A DNA stretch of 64,000 bases from Amoebidium appalachense (Eukaryota; Protista; Ichthyosporea): the NCBI GenBank assembly GCA_963693365.1, contig CAVNZM010000010.1:6635794-6699793 (forward strand). Reading direction: 5' to 3'. Every line of letters starts with the position of its first letter. The first letter of the stretch is position 1. Below, piece after piece: positions 20,781 to 46,377 of the stretch. The translations under genes were made by a program, and so were the position numbers. The notes under the pieces were generated by a model that saw only the letters and a list, made by a program, of their open reading frames with translations, searched no databases and was not told the origin of the DNA.

Positions 20781-21368
20781 GTGCCTCCTTCTTCAACCAT
20801 TCCTCAGGCCTTCTTGTTTCCACGAATTCACTTTTCTAGCATTAAAGGTGATAACACATTCGCGCAAGACAACAAAGAATAAAATACTGCCACGTGCACA
20901 TTTAGGCTGCTACCTTTAGCTCTTATATATATTTTTCAAGGAGACGCGGACGATACGGAGAGCGGCTGATCACGTGACTCACCTACCTTGAAAAATAGAC
21001 AGCGTCGATTTATCGTACATAGGTAATAGGCTAGAGGGCACAGTCAGTACGTGCGCCAGCTAACACATACTGACGTGTTGCCGCACGTGCGACGTTATAC
21101 ATCTACTCAGGCGGCCAAAAAAAAAAAAAAAAAAAAGAAAGAAAGGAGACACCGCCTCAGTAGGTGGTAGGTGCGCCAGACATTTAGGGTACATATCAAT
21201 TCGCAACTCACCACAGGGCCAGCCCGGGGTTTAGCTTATTATTTATTATATTTCGCTTATGCATAGCGGAACCCAAGTTACTCAAACTAAGTCTTCAAAG
21301 AGTCTATGAAGTCGACGCTCAAGTTTATCATGCATATGGGTATCCACTCACTATGATAACTACGCCTC

Positions 21369-21750
21369 TTATTTTCGAATTCCGTCCAGCTTCCCTGCCA
21401 GGTTCATTACGGTAGCCCTAAATGGCCTGATACTTCCGAACCCGATGCTTTTGTACAAAGTATTGCTAGCTGGATTCTCAGCATCAGTGAACAGATAGAG
21501 TTCATTCAAGCCCATTACATTGATTAGATGATCGCATGCCGCAATAAGAAGAGAACTGGAGTACCCCTTTCTCCTGTGGTCTGGAGGGGTGTAGACACTG
21601 GATATGCGGCAGCCCTTTCCACCACTTGGAAGGTTGAAGTATGCAACCAAACCAAGCATAGTAACGGGAGTACCGTCTGCACACAAAGCACGCTTGGCGT
21701 TAGCAGTAGTTTCCCATCTCTTTATATGACCCCCCCCCCCCCCCCCCCCC

Positions 21751-21821
<71 letters not shown>

Positions 21822-23085
21822 CACACACACACACCAAAAAAAAAAAAAAAAAAAAAAAACAGGGCAAGTAAACTACAAGGCCTGCTCAAACTCCGTAATA
21901 GGCTAACCCCGATTGCTGCCCGATTCTGTCACGATAATGCTTGAACGTGGTGAACGTGGTGGTTTCCCTGTAGCAGGGAGAAGAGCAATGTAAAGGAATC
22001 CAGGCGGGGCATTCAACATCCACAGCCATCAGGGCAGAAACGAAAAATAGTGGGGACAAGCACAGATGAACTTAAAACGTTACCTGGCAAGGTCCACAAA
22101 AACATGTGACCTCGGCCCGCAGTCGCCTTGCACTGAGGCAGATAATCTTCGAATGTTTTCCCTTGGTTGGTTAGGCCCGGAAACACACCCTCGTCGAAAA
22201 ATGCATACGTCCACTTAGCCAATAGAGGTGCATGAGACTCGTCCGCTATCACCATAGCTCCTTCGGCTGGATGGTGGCTTTGTTTCGCACTTGCAAATGC
22301 GGTTTGGTCCAAACAGTAGCTGAGCTGGGGCATGGTCGGGCCAACAAGAGAAACATTGCCCGTGGAAGGGCCTAGAATGTCCCCGATGCTTTTGCAGAGT
22401 AATTGCACGAGATCATCTGAACCGGTCAACATGGGGGTTGTGGTCCATGGACCCCCTAAGGAAAATAAGTTGGTTAGCGGTATGAATAAAGAAAACAAAA
22501 TCCTGTAGACCGGGCAGGATGTTAGTAAAAGACTCGGAGGGCAGAGCCAGCTCGAAGAGGAGAAAGAGGTGGAAACGGGAGAGAGAGAGGGGGGGGGGGG
22601 GGGGGGGGGGGGGGGGAGGGAGAGCAAGAGCGAGAGAGAGATTGGGCGGGGCGAGGAGGAGGGGGACAAGGAGGAGGGGGACAAGGAGGGAGAAAGGGGT
22701 AGCTATAGAGGTGAGCTCCCCCAGAGAGCGAGAGAGGGGGGGGGGGGGGGGGGGGGGGGGGGAGGGAGAGAGAGAGGGCGGGGTGGGGGGGGGGGGGGGG
22801 GGAAGAGAGAATATGTGTGTGTGTCCCTGTGTGTATGGGGGGGGGAGGGAGGGGGGGACAGGGCGGGTTTGAATGCGGAACACGGTACGAAGTACGATGC
22901 ACGATGAGAAGCAAGTGCAGGACACATGCAAAGGCAAAGATTCAAGTATGCAACATCAGCCATGCGCACAGTATGGGGGGAGGAGGGGGGGGGGGGGGGG
23001 GGGGACAGGGGGAGAGGGAGAGAGGGAGGGAGGGAGGGAGGGAGGGAGGGAGGGAGAGAGGGGGGGGGGGGGGGGGGGGGGGGGG

Positions 23086-23164
<79 letters not shown>

Positions 23165-23363
23165 CTCGAGTGAGGGAGAGGGGGGGGAGGGAGGAGGGAC
23201 GAGTGTGTGTGGGTGCCGGGGTGGGGTGGGGTGGCGGAGGAGGAGGAGGAGGAGGAGGTAATGGTGGTGGTGGTGGTGGGGGGGAGGGGGGGGGAGGGGG
23301 GGAAGGGCTTCGAACAGGATAATAATGGTGAGTGAGTTTCCATGTCTTTCTTTCTTTCTCTCT

Positions 23364-23450
<87 letters not shown>

Positions 23451-23843
23451 TCCCTCACTCCCTCCCTCCCTCTCCCTCTCTCTCTCTCTCGCTCTCACAC
23501 ACACACATACACACACACACACACGCACCTTTTTGTGTGTGTATTGGGGGGGAAGGGGGGGGGGGGGGGGGGGGGGGGAATAGCACACAGGAAGGAGATA
23601 GGATGTTTTGGACATACAACAACAAGCACACACGTCCAAAACTTATATTGATACATGTCTGGTAGTGAACAGGTGCACACTATCAATTCAGAGAGGGTAA
23701 AATGCAAAGAGGGGGGGAACGTTCGAGCTCCACGGGAACTAGAGTGGACAGGAGGGGAGGGGGGGGGGGGGGGGGGGAGGGGAAGCTACCGGAGGACTCT
23801 GAGTAGGGGATTGTTAAAGCGGAGGGGATGAAAATTGGTATCC

Positions 23844-23876
<33 letters not shown>

Positions 23877-25266
23877 GGGGGTTAGAAAGGGCAAGGAACT
23901 GAGTGTATTCGGATCGGAGGGAATGCACCGACAGGAATGGAAGGATGTCAAAAGTGAGAGGGTCGAAAGAGGAGAGGCAGGAATGGGTGGGTGCCACTGG
24001 GTGTGTGTGTAGGGGGGGAGGGGGGTGTGCATTGAAGGAAAAGGCAGAAAGGGAGAGGGGAGGGGAACGGGGGCTGTGGCCCAGGGAAAGGGGGGGGGGG
24101 GGGGGGGAGCGTGATATGCCAGCTCAGCCAAAACGGATCTGCTCACGTAAAACATGACTGCGATTAGCTGGCCGTAAACAATGAACAACTCTGCCACACT
24201 CTATGCACATCCACTTACCAGTAGGGCTGGTGCTGTATATTTCTGCCGCCACTGCACTTACTATGGATGGGATGTCATCCTTCATTCCCTCGGCCACAGC
24301 GGAGAGTCCCAGACGGCCATTTCTGCACACCACAACAAGTGCTAGGGAAGGCTCCGTATCATTCTCAGTCCTGCAAACAGGAGTAACATATTGGGTTATT
24401 TGGAGTCACCAAATTTGATAGTATTGACCAACAATAAGGTATGATTGAGTCGAAGGTGAATGTGGGTTCCTAAACAAACAAGAAGCAAACGAGAACAGGC
24501 AAGAGAAGCACTGAAGACAATTAAAGGCACCACCAAACACGGGGACACATGGTCGGGATTAATTCCGGAATGTCCGGGGAATTATGAGGTCACCAGGGAG
24601 GTTATTGCAAAGTCCCACGTGTGTGTGTGTGTGTGTGTGTGTGTAGGGGAGAGGGAGGGGGGAGAGGGAGGGAGAGTGGAAGGGGGGGGGGGGGGGGGGG
24701 AGGGGGGGTTGAACGAGGCTGGAGAAAGAAACTGGGAGGGGCACACAAACTGCACCACAGAGATTGCAGAGATGCAATGTTAAGTGAGGGAAATTTCGAA
24801 AGGGAGAACATATAATTACACATGTAGAGAGGAAAGCAGTAAAAGGGGAGGGTGAGAAGGAGGGGGGGAAGAGGGGCAAGGAAGAAGGGAGTGGAGGGGA
24901 GGGGGGGCGGAAGAGAGAGAGAGAGGGGGGGGGGGGGGGAGACAGAGAGAGGGAGAGGGAGAGGGGGGGGGGGGGAGGGGGGGAGAGGGAGGGAGGGAGG
25001 GAGGGAGGGAGGGAGGGGAGGGGGGGAAGAATTAGGGGGGGGGGGAGAGGGGGGGGGGAGAGGAGAGAGGGAAGAGGCGGAGGGGGGGGGGGGGGGGGGG
25101 GAGGGAGGGAAGGAGTGGCGGAGGGAGGGAGGGAGGGAGGGAGGGAGGGGCGGAGGGAGAAGGGAGAGAGAAAGGGGGGTGAGGGGGGTGCCCCCAACCG
25201 GAGGGAGGGAGGGATAGAGGGAGGAACAGGGACAGAGAGAGAGAAAGAGGAGGGTGGGGAGGGTGG

Positions 25267-25364
<98 letters not shown>

Positions 25365-26208
25365 GAGGGAGGGAGGGAGAGAGATAGAGAGGGGGGGAGA
25401 GAGGGAGGGAGAGAAGGGGGGGGGGGAGGAGGAGGGAGGGAAGGACGGAGGGGGGGGGGGAGGAGGGAGAGGGAGAGAGAGACAGAGAGAGAGAGAGAGG
25501 TGGAGAGGGGGGGGGGGGGGGGGGAGAGAGAGAGAGAGAGAGAGAGAGAGTGAGAGAGAGAGAGAGAGAGAGTGAATGAGAGAGAGAGAGTGAGTGAGTG
25601 AGAGAGAGAAGAATGGGAAGCGTAGCAGAAGGCCGGAGCGTGTTTGTGTAATTGTGTGTGCTCGCGCTTGTATGGGCATGGCTGGGGCAATGTGTAAAGA
25701 TTGGGGAAGAGGAGTCCGACTTAATAAGGAAGAGGAGGAGAAGAAGAAGGGGAGGGAAGGGAGGGGGGGGGGGGGAGGGGGGGGGGGGGGGGTAAAAGAC
25801 AAAGTAAAGGTCGGCAAAGCGAGGGAGGACAACAACACTATACGCCGAAAGTACAGCAGTTGAAATGGAACATGTAAAAGGCATGAACGTTAACGTAATA
25901 ATGGAATTTGTCGCACAACATCTAACAGTGCTTGTTGTAACTTTGACTCTATTGACACGTCAAAGAATCTCACTGAGGAGTCCAAGAAAGAATCTGACTC
26001 ACCTCCACACAGCAAGGAATGTAGCCCCTGAGCTAGAGGCCAGAGGTGGGTCAGAAAATAGCGAAGCACAGCAAAGATGGTTCACATATATGTCGGCGCC
26101 CAGGAATTGCTGAAGCAAAACAAGTAATGGCTCCCCAACGTCGTTGCCGTCCTTGAGATCAGAACGCACCAAGGTAGGCAGAGTCTTCAGAACATAAACA
26201 GGTGCCAT
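21369..26208 (-). CDS. GNAT-family N-acetyltransferase with bacterial-type C-terminal domain, ~345 aa, 4 exons
   Basis: Exons 26003-26208, 24219-24370, 22084-22455, 21369-21676 join in phase. C-terminal RISSVYTPPDHRRKGYSSSLL...LYLFTDAENPASNTLYKSIGF corresponds to GNAT motifs A/B. Confidence 0.8.
22865..22975 (-). repeat. Family A (452-bp unit) fragment, sense to GNAT
   Basis: Reverse complement of CATACTGTGCGCATGG...CGCATTCAAACCC, flanked by G-runs. Confidence 0.85.
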
Positions 26209-26484
26209 TGTGCGTCCTGATGCCCAGAGACCACGTCAAACAACTTCTTACGACTTACAACCCCTTTTTTTCAGTTGTGCAAGTTTTTGATAATACGTGC
26301 TGTTTCACAGTCAGGCATAGCATTCACACAGCGACCTTTTTTTTTTTTTTTTTTTTTTTTTTTTGTTTTGTTTTCAAGTGTTTTTGAGTGAGGCTGACTC
26401 CGACTCAGACCGACTGAGGCCCGCCCAGGCCGCCCCTGGGCCTGTCACTGTGTGCCACTGCAGAGTTCGTGAAATTCATTGTGA

Positions 26485-26640
26485 GCCAATTATATGCTTT
26501 CTATCTGTTTATTTCGCATTCCTCAAAATCTCATTGTCCTGTGATTGGCTGAAGGCTATGACGGTTGATCAACCAAAATACACAGTTGTTGCTGATTGGA
26601 AAGCACCTCATTCACACAGTACCATGAACGTTATCCAATG
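26485..26640. promoter_or_regulatory. Cluster of CCAAT boxes in the divergent GNAT/ENPP interval
   Basis: GCCAAT ~26486, GATTGG ~26542 and ~26595, CCAAT ~26635, between head-to-head genes. Confidence 0.35.
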
Positions 26641-27328
26641 GAAACACTACTATTATTGCAAAGCCCTAAAAAGGTAAAAACGGGAACTCTAAACGAATCA
26701 AACGACCCATCGCAGATCATCAGTTTACCGCTACGTTTCGGAGGCTGACAACGGCAGGAGCCACAAAGTCAAAGTGGCGCGGGGCCACGGGCCCACCTGA
26801 CGGCCTGACCGCTGTTTCGTCACATTTTTCAACTCGGTTTTTTTATGCACTGAACTGGTGACTTGTTTCCATGGGCTGTCTTCTTGCTTCGTAAATGTAT
26901 CGTTTTAGTCTCTCAAAGTATTAGTCACGGCAACTTACCGTAGCTTTCTCCAGCAGTGCAGTGATGTTCTGTGGGTAGCTTCAATTCTTTTTTGTTAGGG
27001 CTTGCCTCAAGCTGGGTGGTGTTTACAACCAAGTGTGTGAAAGGGTCCCCTTTTTGTGCTTTGCTTAGTTTGATTTCGTGTAACGCGAAGACGAGATCTT
27101 TTTGGATTATACACCTCAAGCATCCAAGTACATTCATCGTAACCGGTTGCTACAGTAGTAGTGCAATAGCACATACTAAGCATAAGTTGCCAAGAGCTGG
27201 ATTCTGGCGTTGCATACCAGTTTGACCATCTTTTTTGCTCCGGGAAACGGCGGCATTACAGCCGTGTGTTAGGAATGGAAAGACGCATAACAGATTTCTT
27301 GAGTCTGAAAGCGTAGTAGCACCGAAAC

Positions 27329-39822
<12,494 letters not shown>

Positions 39823-40131
39823 TTGGCTGGAACGGGTTAATCTGGGCAGATGACCATTGACACTTACTGACACTTACTGAAGAATGCAAATTTAGTTAGG
39901 GGTGTTTCTGAATTGTATCAGCCTCCCCTCTACTCCCTTCCCTCCATCTTCTGACAAGGACTGGTATAGGATATTTATTGGCAGATATGTAAGTTTTAGA
40001 ATGTTCCTGTGTCCAGATATGTCGGGGTGCCAATGCATATTGAACTGCTGTTCCTGTAGCAGTGGTTTGATTTCGTGAGGCGGTGTTGATTCAAACCGAA
40101 GCAGAACAATGTTGTTGATTGTTTGGGTTTT

Positions 40132-40224
40132 TATGTGTTACTGTACCAAAATTTATAACAGACTTTTCACACCCATAATGTGTTACTGTACCAAAATTCA
40201 TAACTGTTACAGACTTTTCACACT
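40132..40224. repeat. Tandem duplication (~45 bp x2) downstream of ENPP
   Basis: ATGTGTTACTGTACCAAAATTYATAAC...AGACTTTTCACAC occurs twice. Confidence 0.8.
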
Positions 40225-40910
40225 CATATGGAGAAGCTTACATGTTCTTTACTGATAATTTATCAGGGTTGTTATAATAGGGTGCCACGTGTATTATATA
40301 TCATACTAGCACACAGCCTGATCGAGCATTAATTGGCTCGACGTTTGAACCTGCAAGTAATTACATCTAACCACATACACATGTGCTGGGCAGGCCCTGG
40401 CGTGACACGCTGTAGCGGTGTGAATAGCAGTTTTTGATGTATATTATTATTCTTATAAAAGACTTATTGCCATGGATTGACTGATATATTTCATAAAATA
40501 ACAGCTTACGTTGATTTAAAGGTTCACAATGCTCCCTGAATTCAATCGAAAAACCATTTGTTAGCAGATGATTAACTGTTACAGGGTCACACACATGAAC
40601 GCATGCGGCAGAGAAATGCATGCATATGCTCGTCCAAGCAGTTGCTTACGTCTATACAGAGATCATAGGCTCAAAAAAACTGAACACTGTTGAACAACCA
40701 TGACACAAAATCAAAAGAAGTAAACACAATCTTGCCCCTTTATATGCCCCGCCGCCCCAAACTTTCATTGACCCTCCTCCCACCACCACTTGCCCACCCA
40801 CCCACCCACCCACCCATCTCCGGGCCTCTCCACCCATCCACCCTGCATAGAGCCTACAAATCGCTATAGGGTGCCAGCAACTTGTGGTGCGGGCTGCATG
40901 CATATATCAT

Positions 40911-40993
<83 letters not shown>

Positions 40994-41722
40994 ACACACA
41001 CACACAAATACACACGTGACACTGTACACACACACAGAGAGAGAGGGACAGAGAGACACACACACACACACACATGCACACACTCACTCATGGTCACTCA
41101 CACGAATTCAAGGCTAAAAAGAATTGGTGCGCCACATGTGCACGGCCGTAAGTGCACACACATGCACACGCACGCAGACACATGTGTACAAAAACACGCA
41201 TGCACACACACGTGCATACACACACACATACACACATTGTCACACACACACGTGTACGTACTCTGTCATAGTGGCACATGTACCGGCATTTTCACACAAT
41301 AACACATGCACGATATCGATGTTAACAAAGGTTTGCATGTTATAAATTAGGCATTTTTGAATTTGAAATGGTAGGGTGGGCAGGTAGTAAGTATTGAGGT
41401 CCCCCCTGGTGGTCCCCCCTTCCCCCCCCCCCGGGGAGGGGACACCCACCTGCTGGAGGGGGCGGTGGGTCCCCCCCCCCCCCCCCTGCCTCTTCCCCCC
41501 TAGGCTCCCTAAGCTGACCACCGGGGTGGTGGGTCCCCTCCCTCCCTCAGGGAGGGGGGACCCACCTCTTTGGTGGGGTGCACGTGGTGGGTCTCCCACC
41601 CTTCCCCCCCCCCCCCCCCCTCCCCTCCCCCCCCCCTCCCCCCCCCCCCCTCCCCGCGCGGGGAGTCCAACGGGACCCTCGACGCCGGCAGCGGCTGCGT
41701 ACCATCTCAATGTTTCTGGGAG

Positions 41723-41776
<54 letters not shown>

Positions 41777-43499
41777 TCATCCACCACCATCACGTACATT
41801 AAGTTTGTACCAAGTCTTCTTCCCCAGTTGTTTTAACCAGCACTTCGAGTTTTGACAAAGTTAGGGCAAATCTAATATGCACAACATGTCACTGGGAGTG
41901 TGTGTCTGCAATTTTTGTGCCGTGTAGACGTGGGATCGTGTGTGTATATGTCCGTAAGGTTGGTGGGCATTCGGCACTGCTAATCACTGTGGTGGCCTGA
42001 CAGTGTGTGAGTAAACGTCGTGCCACATGTGCAAGCTGTGTCGACACAATGCGCTTAACATGTGCGATATTACATGGCATTTCACGTGTGTGCTAGAGAA
42101 GAGGGTGTGTGCACACGTGTGGGTGTCACTGTGCATGTGTGTCTCAGTGCGTGTTTGCCTGTGTGTGAGTTTGTGTGCATATGTGTGCGTGTGACATGTG
42201 TGTGTCACAGTGTGTGTCAGTGATTGAGAGAGTTCCCAAATTCTCTGGCACAAATTTGCATGCGCGCATGTGCCTTCCGTGGGATTTGTGTTTGAATTGC
42301 CATAATAAACAAACAAAAAAGTAGGAATATGTGTGTGTGTGTTTCTGTTGTTGATAGTGAGCATGCATGATGGCGTGTGATGCATGGATGAAGTTGCGTC
42401 AGACAACTAACCCGGGGGGGGGGAGGGAGGGGGGGGGGGGAAGGGGGGATAGATAAAGAGCGAATAGAGGGCGCGGTGGTGGTGGTGATGGTGGCGTGTG
42501 TGTGTGTGTGTGTGTGGGGGGGGGGGGGGGAAGAAAGAGGAAGTAGTTAGATAGGAGAAAAGGGATTCAGAATGTGTGCCACGTGTGCGCGTGCATCATA
42601 ATGATTATGTACATGTGCCACCACAGAGATTAGCATACGACCCTACGGCAGTCACATTGAGCGTATTATTGGAGAGTGTGTGCGCACGCGTGTGTGTCTG
42701 CGTGTGCAAGGGTGCTTTACTGCACATTGTCGAGAAAATCAGTGGTCATGGGCACCCAATCATTGTGGTCTCGGTATGATGTATGAGATCGATCCTAAGA
42801 GGCACGTTGAGAGGGGGAGTCCGGAGGGAAGGGGGGGATGGGGGAAGGGGGGAGGGGTGGGAGGGGATGCCTAGCTAATAAGCAGGTCATTGACCCAAGG
42901 CCTGATAATTGATACCATTTAATGGATGTAAGGAGAGAAGGTGCCAATGTCATCAAAGTTTTCAAGTTGGTATACAATATACAAGTACATACTAATCATT
43001 GATATTTTAGTTATTTGGGTAGCTCTCCCTCCCCCCTCCCCCCCCCTCCCCCCTCCCCCTCCCCCCCTTCCCCAGCCAGCGGAGGGGTGGTGGGTACCCC
43101 CCCCCGCCCCACCTACCCCCTTCGGGGGGGGAGGTGGGTCCCCCCCCCCCCCCCCCCCCCCCCCACTTACGACTACCCCCCTCCCGGCCCCGCGTTTCAA
43201 AATCAAAAAAGCCTTAGTTCATTCTGAAATTTATTATCAATATTGGCAACACAAGCACATACACGGCACACCCGACACATACATGTACACACACACACAC
43301 GCACACACACACACGTGCACGTGACTGTGCACACACATGATACACACACCATTACGTACATGATACACACACACACACACACACGTACACGCGTGCATGT
43401 ACCCCCAGTCTCCCCGCCCCCACTCTCTCTCCGCCCAACATCTCTCTCTCCGGGCCCTTTCTCGATCGATCGACTATGGCCCTCTCTCTCAGGCTCGGA

Positions 43500-43564
<65 letters not shown>

Positions 43565-43681
43565 CCCCCCCCCCCCCCCCTCTCCCTCTCTTCCCCCCCC
43601 CCCCCCCTCCCATCTAGATCTCTCCGATCCCTCTAGTAGATCTCTCTCCCTCCCTCCCTCGGGCCCTCCCTCCCCCTCTCC

Positions 43682-43734
<53 letters not shown>

Positions 43735-43897
43735 GGAGCCCCTCCCCCCTCCCCCCCCCCCCCCCCCTCCCCCAGGGCCCCCAGCGAGATACATAATCAT
43801 TTGCGGCCTCTCGAGCTCAGGCACGTGTGATATTATGACTTCACTTTCACTTCGATCTCTTAGCTGTCACGTCAACTTTTTTTCCCGATTCTTCACC

Positions 43898-44224
43898 ATG
43901 GCAGGTATATAAACGCTTTCGTTTCTTCTTTTTGTGGTGGGAGGGAGTCCCACTCAGGGGAACGTGACTGCAGCGTGTGTGTGGTGTGGCCTGGTGCATT
44001 CCTACTGCTGTGAGAGTGTGGGGGCATCTCCCTTTTGCGGAGTTTCTCGCTTGAGAAGTGGTTTCTTCAACGCCTGGTGGTCCACTGCAACCTATGGTAA
44101 CTTCTACACGCTGTCTACGCTTCTACGCGACCTATTGGCGGTGGGCTGCTGCAACTTCTTCAGCTACTTCGCGCTGCGTGAGTGGAGGGGCGGCTACTTG
44201 GTCGTCGGGGAGCTTTCCAAGTGA
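43898..44224 (+). CDS. Candidate small Cys/aromatic-rich orphan protein (~85 aa), 2 exons
   Basis: caccATGG start context. Exon 43898-43904, GT..CAG intron 43905-43973, exon 43974-44224 in frame (MAACVWCGLVHSYCCES...GELSK*). No recognised domain. Confidence 0.3.
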
Positions 44225-45511
44225 CTGCCAGTCCTTAGCCTCCAGTCGTATGGTAATGACCGGGTTTGCTTGCATGCATTCTGTAATTGTGTTTTTCTGT
44301 GTGTCCTGCCACAACTAGGCCACCTTATCAGAGAGCTAGATGCAGTTTCTCCGGGTTGTCTAGGGGCCGGGCCCGTTGGGATTGTTTTTTAGCTCAGATG
44401 TGGTCTGCATTGCTCTTTTAGAGGCTGACTTGCTTGCTGTGCCTCGGTTGGTTTTGAGGGGGGCCTGTTGGGAAGCAGCAGTAATGATGTCTTCTTGCGG
44501 AGTGTGGTCTGGTCAACATCGATGCATATGACTAGTTGGAGCAAACTAGTTATTTCGTAGCTTTGGCTTTTTCAGTTCTATGTAGCCTGTGGCTGCACGT
44601 TGCCTTCATCAACGGATCATTAAAACCGAGTCAAAAGACAATTTTATTATCTATCTCGTTTGACAACTGGGGGGAGCTACCTGGGGGGAGCGATCTAAGG
44701 GGCGGGGCCTGGCACTGTACGTACACACGGGCAGGGGGACGCAGGGTCGCAAAATCGGTCAAGAAAAAGGGTCTCCACATCCATAAATAATTTTTAAGTA
44801 AAAAAATTCGGCGAAGCCAAAGAGAAAACAAGAGAAACGGCAACAACTAGAGTCAAGTTGACATAGGATCTAATAGAACTTGAAATGCATGGGTATCTGT
44901 GTACATGATCTGTAGCGAATCAAGAGGTGGTCATCCGCCAAATTCATGTTCAAAACTGATGAACATGAATCATACAGTAGCATTTGCAATAGGTAACAGT
45001 GACCTTACTATATTAAGTTGAAGCACAAAAAAACCCATAGTCCTTTTAAATTCTTATGGAGCATTTATTTCAATCGACTCAAAATTCAAAACTACATTGC
45101 AACATTTACAACACAACACTTGATTCAAACCCGATAAAAAGTAACCAATCGTTAGTGGATGCCATTGGAATGTTTTGGTATTACGTCATGATGAAGTATT
45201 TCGTGTATTGTTCAACGATTAGTGGATTAGTACTGTAGAAGCTAGAATCTGAGAATTTTGATTCGTCGCATCTGGGCAATTGGCGAACTTCAGGATCTCC
45301 CAAAACCTCAAGGAAATAGCTGCATAAACGGTGGCACAGTGGCACTGCCAAAAATAGTAGCATATATCAATATACGCACAACTGATTATAGTAGGGTATA
45401 TGTTGAATTTGATTGAAATAAACAGCAAATGCTCTGATAATCAAAATACAGCTTGCTGTTGTGCTCATCGAGCCATCGGGGGCTCGAGCATTCGAAATTT
45501 ATCTGGGTCAG

Positions 45512-45592
45512 TGACGTCATTCGTTGACGGCGAGGCTCCAAGTGAAAGTTTTTGTAGCGTACCGGTTTTTGTAGCGTGACCGGGTATAAAAA
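45512..45592 (+). promoter_or_regulatory. Putative LITAF promoter: CRE palindrome and TATA box
   Basis: TGACGTCA at 45512-45519 and TATAAAA at 45585-45591, ~180 bp upstream of the ATG. Confidence 0.45.
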
Positions 45593-45765
45593 TCTCAATG
45601 ATTGTCGAAATTCTCCCAGAACAAACTGAACAAGAAACACACCTGACTCAACTAGCACTTGTCCGTTAGGCGAACCACCTCAAGTACCCTACTATAACAG
45701 TTGCAGCTGCTGGTTAAACTTTTTATTACCCACCTTAGGCTACTCTTCAACACACGACTGTGACA

Positions 45766-46377
45766 ATGGACCCCAACACACACAAGGGCTCTCAGGGCTA
45801 CCCCACCGACCAGCCCCCAGCCTACCAGTTCCAGCAGCCAGCCACCGCCATGCCTATGGGCGAGGCACCCTACCCTGCCCCGCCTCAGGGTTACGCCTAT
45901 CCAGAACCCCCCCTTACCCAGCACTACCCACCCCCCAACTCTTCCACAGCCCAGTATCCTTATCTCGCTCCCGGTGGTCAGCCTGCCTATCCCATGCCCC
46001 AACCCAACCCCGCATACCCGACCGACTCAAAGGCTCCGCTGCAAGCCAACACGGTCTACCCGGCCCCCCCTCCCTTTAAGGGAGATGCGCCTATTGTCAC
46101 ACAGCCTGCCCCTGTGCCGGCAGCTACCACAGTCATTATCCAGCAGCAGAGTCTTGGGAAGCATCCCCAGATGCTGTTTTGCCCCCACTGCCAGAAGAAC
46201 GTCAACTCCCAAATTGAGCACGTCGCGGGGGCAGGCACGTGGATTTCTTCTGGGTTGTGCTTCTGTTTTGGGTGCTGGCTATGCTGCTGCATCCCCTTTT
46301 GCATGGATGACCTCCAGGACACAGAGCATCGCTGCCCGGAGTGCAAAACACTGCTTGGTACGAAGAAGTGCCTGTGA
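45766..46377 (+). CDS. LITAF: LITAF/SIMPLE-domain protein, 203 aa, intronless CDS
   Basis: Pro/Tyr/Gln-rich N-terminus with PPAY. C-terminal CPHC...hydrophobic Cys-rich segment (GCWLCCCIPFC)...HRCPEC zinc ribbon. Confidence 0.92.
   Translation: MDPNTHKGSQGYPTDQPPAYQFQQPATAMPMGEAPYPAPPQGYAYPEPPLTQHYPPPNSSTAQYPYLAPGGQPAYPMPQPNPAYPTDSKAPLQANTVYPAPPPFKGDAPIVTQPAPVPAATTVIIQQQSLGKHPQMLFCPHCQKNVNSQIEHVAGAGTWISSGLCFCFGCWLCCCIPFCMDDLQDTEHRCPECKTLLGTKKCL

Noticed and set aside
41394-43800. Pro/Gly-rich ORFs and odd palindromic interruptions in CT and C tracts
   Set aside because: Low complexity and possibly base-calling noise; no splice or domain support.
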